Source: Bdellovibrionota bacterium (lineage in GTDB: Bacteria > Bdellovibrionota_G > JALEGL01 > DATDPG01). From it: a stretch of DNA of 64,000 nt. The stretch is from the NCBI GenBank assembly GCA_963668355.1, contig OY764265.1, forward strand, positions 192,001 through 256,000, in the 5' to 3' direction. The position numbers were made by a program, and so were the translations under genes. Shown here in pieces: positions 58,494 through 64,000 of the stretch. Numbering within the stretch: the stretch's first letter is position 1; every line of letters starts with the position of its first letter. The notes below the pieces were generated by a model. The model made no database searches, was not told where the DNA came from, and saw nothing but the letters and a program-made list of their open reading frames with translations.

Positions 58494-59972
58494 CTATTTC
58501 ACCATCGAACCGGACGCCTTCTTACTTTCCGGTTGAATCACAACGTCAATGCGTCGATTCATTTTTCGCCCATCTTTCGTCTCGTTGGAGGCAATGGGTT
58601 TCTTAGATCCATATCCTACGGAGACAATCTGGTAGGGGTCTACGGTCTCATTGGCCACTAAATAGTCTCGGACTGCCATCGCTCGTTTTTTCGAGAGATG
58701 TTCATTTAAAGCATCAGACCCGGTGCTATCTGTGTGTCCTTCTACAATCACGTCAGGATCTCCAAAAAGACGAATGGCTTTCTGAACTTTCGTCAAGAGA
58801 GCGTAGTTCTCAGGACGTAAAACATATTTGCCGACCGGAAACTGAACCTTCTTCAAACGGATTAAAGCCTTATCTCCTTCCTTATAGACCTCAGCCTCAT
58901 TGGAACTGAAAAGGGAGCGTGCGGAGTCAAAAAGTTTGTTAAATCGCTTCTCAGCCGCTAAACGCCTTTGCTCATCCGTAAGGTTTTTGGTTTTCGATTC
59001 TAAGTTGACCAATCGCTCCTTCTGCTGTTTGTTTTCGGAAGCCAACGCAGCTCGGTCCTTTCGAAGCTCTTGAATCGACACCGCAATTTGCTTCTTTCGT
59101 TTAGAAAAGGGCTGGCTACCCATGTCTGGAGCCTGCAGGGCTTCCGAATATGAGCGAAGCATTTGATCTTCTGAAAGGGCTACTTGCTCCGGAGTTTCTT
59201 GTTTTACCCACGCAGCGTATCGCACCATATTGACAAGCCTTCGTGCCTGAAAAAGGGCATTACCTGCCTTTTCCTTGATCATGTTCTTTTGATATCTGGA
59301 TTGGGTAATGAACTGGTCGGCATCCTGAAGGGCTTGGCTCGCTTGTTTCCAGGTTTTTGGGGTCAACCTCTTTGCATTTTGGGTTTTGGCTTTTTCGATC
59401 AAGGTCTTCGCCGTTCCTATTGCGTTCTTCTTAATTGCCGCAAGTTCTAGATCTCGAAACTTCTTGGTTACCTGGCTCTCTTTCTCTTTCGCGGATCGGA
59501 GATGGTCATCCTCGATACTTCGAGTCATGTCCAAGAATGCTTTTTCGGTCTGTTTGTACTTTTCGGAAAATTCTGTAGCGCCTGCGGAGCGCGCATCACT
59601 CCTCGCCTCAATGGCTTTAGGAAGAGAGGTTCGTGCGACATTCGCCATCTCATTTGCTCGCTGGAGCTGCCCTCTCCCCTTGCCAAGGGTTTCCATCAGT
59701 GCGTCTAGAGATCTTCCCTTTTTGATCATGGTTTTGGCTTGAATCAATGACTCCTCGGCCTTCTCAAACCAACCTGGGGAAAGCACATGAACATCTTTAC
59801 TTTGAGCCTCAGCAACATCGGTCTCAAGCATCCGAACTTGGAGCATGGGATCGGAATTCGTAGAAATCTCCTTGGCTTCAACGGGTCGTTTTCCACTACA
59901 GCCAGACAAAAGACCCAAAGAAAAAATCATGGCCAAAAGTATGGGGGTGATCGTAAATAGTCTAAAATTCAT
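58494..59972 (-). CDS. OmpA-family peptidoglycan-binding lipoprotein with helical repeats
   Basis: Lipobox LSGC; three DUF4398-like helical units; EGHTDSTG..N..LS.KRA, NRRI. Confidence 0.88.
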   Translation of the reverse strand: MNFRLFTITPILLAMIFSLGLLSGCSGKRPVEAKEISTNSDPMLQVRMLETDVAEAQSKDVHVLSPGWFEKAEESLIQAKTMIKKGRSLDALMETLGKGRGQLQRANEMANVARTSLPKAIEARSDARSAGATEFSEKYKQTEKAFLDMTRSIEDDHLRSAKEKESQVTKKFRDLELAAIKKNAIGTAKTLIEKAKTQNAKRLTPKTWKQASQALQDADQFITQSRYQKNMIKEKAGNALFQARRLVNMVRYAAWVKQETPEQVALSEDQMLRSYSEALQAPDMGSQPFSKRKKQIAVSIQELRKDRAALASENKQQKERLVNLESKTKNLTDEQRRLAAEKRFNKLFDSARSLFSSNEAEVYKEGDKALIRLKKVQFPVGKYVLRPENYALLTKVQKAIRLFGDPDVIVEGHTDSTGSDALNEHLSKKRAMAVRDYLVANETVDPYQIVSVGYGSKKPIASNETKDGRKMNRRIDVVIQPESKKASGSMVK

Positions 59973-60144
59973 TTTTTTCTCTCTTTCATATTTTCCAAAA
60001 TTCATTTTTCAAACCTCGATTCGGTGTTCTTTTTCCTGGAAGTTTCGTTGTGAGCGTAGGAATTTCGGTTGCAATCGCTTAATCATGAACCGGAGTGTGC
60101 CACCCATTTTTTATAAAATAAATTGGATATTATTGAATATATTC

Positions 60145-60160
60145 ATAGGTTTTTTACGAT
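60145..60160. promoter_or_regulatory. Putative LysR operator
   Basis: ATAGG-N7-CGAT imperfect palindrome in the divergent ompA/lysR gap; similar site at 61647. Confidence 0.4.
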
Positions 60161-60236
60161 ATATAGGCAGCAAACCTCTTGTGTCTCAATCTATGTCCGT
60201 ATAAGAATATATAGAATTAATCAATCGGGAGACCTT

Positions 60237-61163
60237 ATGAGCAGTTTAAATTTCAACCATCTTTATTATTTTCTAACCATTGCGAAAGAGGGATCGGTTA
60301 CGGCTGCCTCCAAAAATTTGTTTTTAACTCAGCCGACCCTCAGTGGACAACTACGTCAGCTGGAAGAATTCTTCGGCAGAAAACTTTTCGACCGCAAGAA
60401 AAAGCGATTACATCTGAACGAACACGGTCAATTGGTCTTGGATTATGCGATGAGAATTTTCAAACTGAGAGACGAAATGGTTTCTGCAGTGGGGCAATCT
60501 CACGTACAACCCGTACATCGCGTAGCCGTTGGCGTCCTCCCCTCTCTCTCTCGAACCTATATTCAAGAATTTCTCGATATCTTGTGGAGCAATCCAGAGG
60601 ATGTTCACGTTTTTCTTAGAGAAAACAACCTTTCAGAATTGATTCGAGATCTTCAAGCTGGAAACCTGGATGTAATCCTCAGCGATACTCCAGCTCCCTT
60701 CTCTGACTCGAGGCTGGGGAGTGATCGAATTTTAGGTCGAGATATCATTGCAGCCGCCCACCCCAACTGGAAATACCTGAGAAAGAACTTTCCAAAATCT
60801 TTGCAGGATAAGCCGTTCATGCATGTCACCCGTCACAGTCGCCTCCGCGACGACATTGACCTCTTCTTTTATTCAAAAAAAATCTCCCCCCAAGTAAAAG
60901 GGGAAATGGATGACACCAGATTGTTACGGAGGGCAGCTGAAACCGGCCGTTTTTTCGTCATTTTGCCCCAAAAACTCCTGTCCAACGCTTTGGCTTCGAA
61001 AAGCCTCATTCGTCTTGGAGAAATCCGCTCCATCAAGTCTGACAATTGGGTTATTACTCGAAAGGGTGGCCCGATGGAAAACATCGTAAAACGATCGGTC
61101 CAGGCGTTGAAAAACAAAAACCCAGTACGGAGGAACGCGAACACACGCGAACGTCGAGGCTAA
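60237..61163 (+). CDS. LysR-family regulator (NhaR-like)
   Basis: LNFNHLYYF..IAKEGS...TQPTLSGQL; GGAG SD before ATG 60237. Confidence 0.92.
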   Translation: MSSLNFNHLYYFLTIAKEGSVTAASKNLFLTQPTLSGQLRQLEEFFGRKLFDRKKKRLHLNEHGQLVLDYAMRIFKLRDEMVSAVGQSHVQPVHRVAVGVLPSLSRTYIQEFLDILWSNPEDVHVFLRENNLSELIRDLQAGNLDVILSDTPAPFSDSRLGSDRILGRDIIAAAHPNWKYLRKNFPKSLQDKPFMHVTRHSRLRDDIDLFFYSKKISPQVKGEMDDTRLLRRAAETGRFFVILPQKLLSNALASKSLIRLGEIRSIKSDNWVITRKGGPMENIVKRSVQALKNKNPVRRNANTRERRG

Positions 61164-61193
61164 ACAAAAAACCTAAGTCAAAAGAGAATACGT

Positions 61194-61481
61194 TTAAGAA
61201 AGCTCGTTTCCATCGCGTAGGGATTTCATCGCCTCCGAAAGCTGGCGAACTCTGTACTGCAATGGTCTTTCAACATCTGAAAGAAATCGAGCCCCCACCT
61301 TTTTTCTCTCCTGGATGGTACGATGCAATTCATAGTACCTACGCAAAACCGGCGCAATGTTTTCTGAGAAGTGGACTCGTTGCGACAACGCTAAGCCTTT
61401 TCCGGTCTGCCGCAAGTGACGAACCGTTCGGTCCCATCCCTCTGTGATTTCCTCTAAGCTAGTAGCTTTATGGAATTTCAT
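61194..61481 (-). CDS. Small hypothetical protein
   Basis: Purine-rich SD-like leader before MKFHK; 95 aa helical. Confidence 0.5.
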   Translation of the reverse strand: MKFHKATSLEEITEGWDRTVRHLRQTGKGLALSQRVHFSENIAPVLRRYYELHRTIQERKKVGARFLSDVERPLQYRVRQLSEAMKSLRDGNELS

Positions 61482-61646
61482 ATCATCTTCTCTTTCCTCT
61501 TTTTCTTCCGCCTTTTCCACAGTCGCAATCCTTGTTACCAAGATGGAAATAATCAATACAACAAATGGAGAGACTATGGCATTGATCCTTAATACAGGTT
61601 CGCATATGCAGTTCTTTTTCTAAAATCGTTTGTTGGGTATTTATCC

Positions 61647-61662
61647 ATAGGTCTGCGCCTAT
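61647..61662. promoter_or_regulatory. Putative LysR operator
   Basis: ATAGG-N6-CCTAT palindrome. Confidence 0.4.
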
Positions 61663-61840
61663 ATAATTCGCTCAAATCGCCATCTTTACTTTTCTAACAC
61701 ATTATCTTTTTTCTATATTCACATTCCCGATTATCCATTTTACGGAATATCACCAACATGCCAGTCTAACGTATGTATCGAGACGGTTCATAAGTGTTTG
61801 CATAAATGTAATTCGCGGCACTTATGAGGAAAGGGAAAAA

Positions 61841-62620
61841 ATGCTTGAACGATTTAAAAGACTTAAAGGTAAAACGCTTCAAACTACGGACGGAGAAATC
61901 GGAAAAGTAACCGATGTTTATTTCGAGGATCAAACATGGGCCATACGCTACCTCGTAGTCCGAGCAGGTAATTGGTTTTCCGGGGAAAAAGTGTTGATTT
62001 CTCCCATTGCAGTAGATGACTTGGAACCCACCGAAGATTTTGTATCTGTGTATTTAACCAAAGACCAAGTCAAGGACAGTCCCTCCTACGATGAACGAAA
62101 GCCCGTTTCCAGGGAATATGAAGTCCCTTACTTTGCCTATTACGGGTGGCCTTATTACTGGGGTCACGGGAGTCTTTGGGGAGCCGGTATTAATCCGAGA
62201 GACCTGCGCAACTCGGAAGCTCATCGCATCCCTCAACCCAATGAGCTTGAAAGAAGCCACAACGCACTTCGATCTTCCAAAGAGGTTTCCGGATATCATA
62301 TTCGTTCTTTAGATGGAGAAATTGGCCACATCACTGACTTCCTCTTTGATGTAGAGACTTGGACCATTCGATACTTGGTTTTAGACACCCGAAACTGGCT
62401 TCCTGGGAAGAAGGTTTTGCTATCGCCGGACTGGGCGACACGGATCGATTGGCCGAAACAAATCGTGACCTTTGACCTTACCCAAGATCAGATTCAAAAC
62501 GCCCCTGAATACAATGAGTATCTAATACCAAGCAGGGACTACGAGGCGAAATTGCACGAACACTACACCCAGCAGGGGTACTGGGAGACTCTTCCAAAAA
62601 ATATCCCCGCTCAAATGTAA
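61841..62620 (+). CDS. Tandem PRC-barrel domain protein
   Basis: Two copies of DGEIG..D..F...W.IRYLV. Confidence 0.9.
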   Translation: MLERFKRLKGKTLQTTDGEIGKVTDVYFEDQTWAIRYLVVRAGNWFSGEKVLISPIAVDDLEPTEDFVSVYLTKDQVKDSPSYDERKPVSREYEVPYFAYYGWPYYWGHGSLWGAGINPRDLRNSEAHRIPQPNELERSHNALRSSKEVSGYHIRSLDGEIGHITDFLFDVETWTIRYLVLDTRNWLPGKKVLLSPDWATRIDWPKQIVTFDLTQDQIQNAPEYNEYLIPSRDYEAKLHEHYTQQGYWETLPKNIPAQM

Positions 62621-62621
62621 T

Positions 62622-62714
62622 AAAGAGCTCCTTCCCGGTCAGGACGCCTGCCTTTTCCAGCAAACCAGAGGTTTGTGGGGGAGGCATTGGCGTGCTGTGT
62701 ATCCGGAGCTTTTC
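62622..62714 (+). other. Long imperfect hairpin (structured 3' element or terminator)
   Basis: Nested pairings AGAGCTCC/GGAGCTTT, ACGCC/GGCGT, TGCCTTTTCCA/TGGGGGAGGCA and CAAACC/GGTTTG, then a T-rich tail. Confidence 0.6.
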
Positions 62715-62807
62715 TTTTATCATGGATTTTTTCAATGATGTGTTTTTTAAATATCTATTTTTAATGAGCCGCGTACATCCCTTACAATGAAAGTGAAAGG
62801 AGGTCGT

Positions 62808-63053
62808 ATGGACATTAGGTCAACCGTTGCTTTTTGCGAAGTAGCCGCCCAAGAACTGGGCCCACAGTTTGTGGCTCCATACATGCGAGGAAAGACAAAG
62901 GTTCGTGACGTCATTTACGATGAAACCGACCTGTCTTTCGCTGAAGCCGAAGAGGTGGTCGATAAAATGGAAAGAAACCGACTCATTGAGCACCGGCTCG
63001 TAGGAACGTCCCCTCCCCGACCCATTTGGCGATTCAATCATCGGTTTAAATAG
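62808..63053 (+). CDS. Small hypothetical protein (winged-helix-like)
   Basis: AGGAGG SD; 81 aa. Confidence 0.65.
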   Translation: MDIRSTVAFCEVAAQELGPQFVAPYMRGKTKVRDVIYDETDLSFAEAEEVVDKMERNRLIEHRLVGTSPPRPIWRFNHRFK

Positions 63054-63063
63054 AGGCGTCAAC

Positions 63064-64000
63064 ATTTCCGGAGATAAAACTCAACCGTCGCTTTTTCGAG
63101 AGAGACATAATTGCTTTCGAATCTCCACCGCAATGCGAGGTGTTTTCCACATTGATGGAGATGCCTACTTTAAAAGATTGGCATCGGTCTTACCCCAGGC
63201 TGAACACTCCTTATGGATTGTGGGTTGGGATTTTGACAGTCGAATTTCAGTCGACTCTCACAATCTCGGAAAAAGGCTAAGCGACCTTGCCAAAGCCAGA
63301 CCCAATCTCTCCATTTACATTTTGATCTGGGATGCTTCCACATTGTTTGACTGGGAACGGGAACCCTTTCCTCGATTACGCGCTTTGAGTTTACCTGAGA
63401 ACATTTTCTTCCGACTGGACGCCGAGACCCCGGCTGGCGGCTCTCATCACCAAAAATTTGTGGTGATTGATGATCGAGTCGCCTTTTGTGGAGGAATTGA
63501 TCTCACGCGTGGCCGAGATGACTCGCCCAAGCACGACACCCAAGATCGACGCCCCATCCATGACATCCAAATGGAGGTAGAGGGTCCTGTGGCGCAAATC
63601 TTGGGCGACATCGCCCGTGATCGTTGGAAAAGTGCAACGGGCGAAATCATAGACCCTCCTCCAAAGCCCACTCAAGAAAACATGAAAACCGCCGCTTCAC
63701 CCGCTGACTTTGTAAACGCACCGATTTCTGTAGCCAGGACCCAGCCAGCATTTGCCAAGCGAAAGGAAATTCGTGAAATCGAGCAGCTTCACTTGGACTT
63801 AATTGGGACAGCGGAGCGCCACATTTATATTGAAAACCAATATTTAACTTCGAACGTCGTCACAAAGGCGTTAAAAAAATCCCTGCGAAAGAGAAAGGGG
63901 CCCGAAATCGTCATTGTGCTTCCGGAAAAAATGCATACGGGTGCGGAGAACTTCGTCATGGGGAATCTGCAAAAGGAAGCCATTCAAAACCTGCGGAGAT
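63064..64000 (+). CDS. Phospholipase D family protein, 3'-truncated by window edge (absent from ORF track)
   Basis: Translated by hand: IDGDAYF, IVGWDFDSR, HHQKFVVID (HKD motif), GGIDLT, HDIQ, IYIENQY. Confidence 0.9.
   Translation, partial: MSGDKTQPSLFRERHNCFRISTAMRGVFHIDGDAYFKRLASVLPQAEHSLWIVGWDFDSRISVDSHNLGKRLSDLAKARPNLSIYILIWDASTLFDWEREPFPRLRALSLPENIFFRLDAETPAGGSHHQKFVVIDDRVAFCGGIDLTRGRDDSPKHDTQDRRPIHDIQMEVEGPVAQILGDIARDRWKSATGEIIDPPPKPTQENMKTAASPADFVNAPISVARTQPAFAKRKEIREIEQLHLDLIGTAERHIYIENQYLTSNVVTKALKKSLRKRKGPEIVIVLPEKMHTGAENFVMGNLQKEAIQNLRR

Noticed and set aside
60086..60104. sigma54 site (TGGCAC, minus strand) upstream of the ompA-like gene
   Set aside because: No GC at the -12 position
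62622..62714. Hairpin as SRP (4.5S) or 6S RNA
   Set aside because: Lacks the SRP GGAA-tetraloop/GCAG motif and is too short for 6S
63391..63675. Minus-strand ORFs at the right end
   Set aside because: Antisense to the phospholipase D frame
1..64000. CRISPR arrays, tRNA/rRNA, IS or prophage genes
   Set aside because: No spaced direct repeats, cloverleafs, transposases or phage hallmark proteins seen by eye

Overview
64 kb of gene-dense bacterial chromosome, roughly mid-40s % GC by eye. Gene content suggests a diderm of Bdellovibrionota/Myxococcota/deltaproteobacterial type, which is an inference. I found no tRNA, rRNA, CRISPR array or transposase. Left to right: the end of a 'ladderane-like' type II fatty-acid cluster (fabF-ACP-two phytoene-dehydrogenase-like oxidoreductases-fabG-fabZ-fabI) plus a PLP class V enzyme; typA, lepB, ychF, an RRM protein, pyrB; phoBR; znuACB with a YcgR/YcgQ-type permease pair; a class III adenylate cyclase; a hidden ArsC-like selenoprotein (in-frame UGA plus SECIS); a B12 radical SAM; an EVE + DNPH1/Rcl-like operon divergent from a photolyase; a DtxR regulator with two operators; and a TetR-TolC-MFP-RND operon with a degenerate proton relay. 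The top candidate for a new system is a ~4.7 kb convergent locus (45.7-50.35 kb). It is bracketed by two cobalamin riboswitches of different architecture and holds only uncharacterised secreted or membrane proteins, one of them transcobalamin-C/DUF4430-like. Beyond it lie large Ig-repeat lipoproteins, dmeF, a LysR-associated module and a partial phospholipase D. Four sigma54-type promoters sit 15-16 nt before SD-less start codons.
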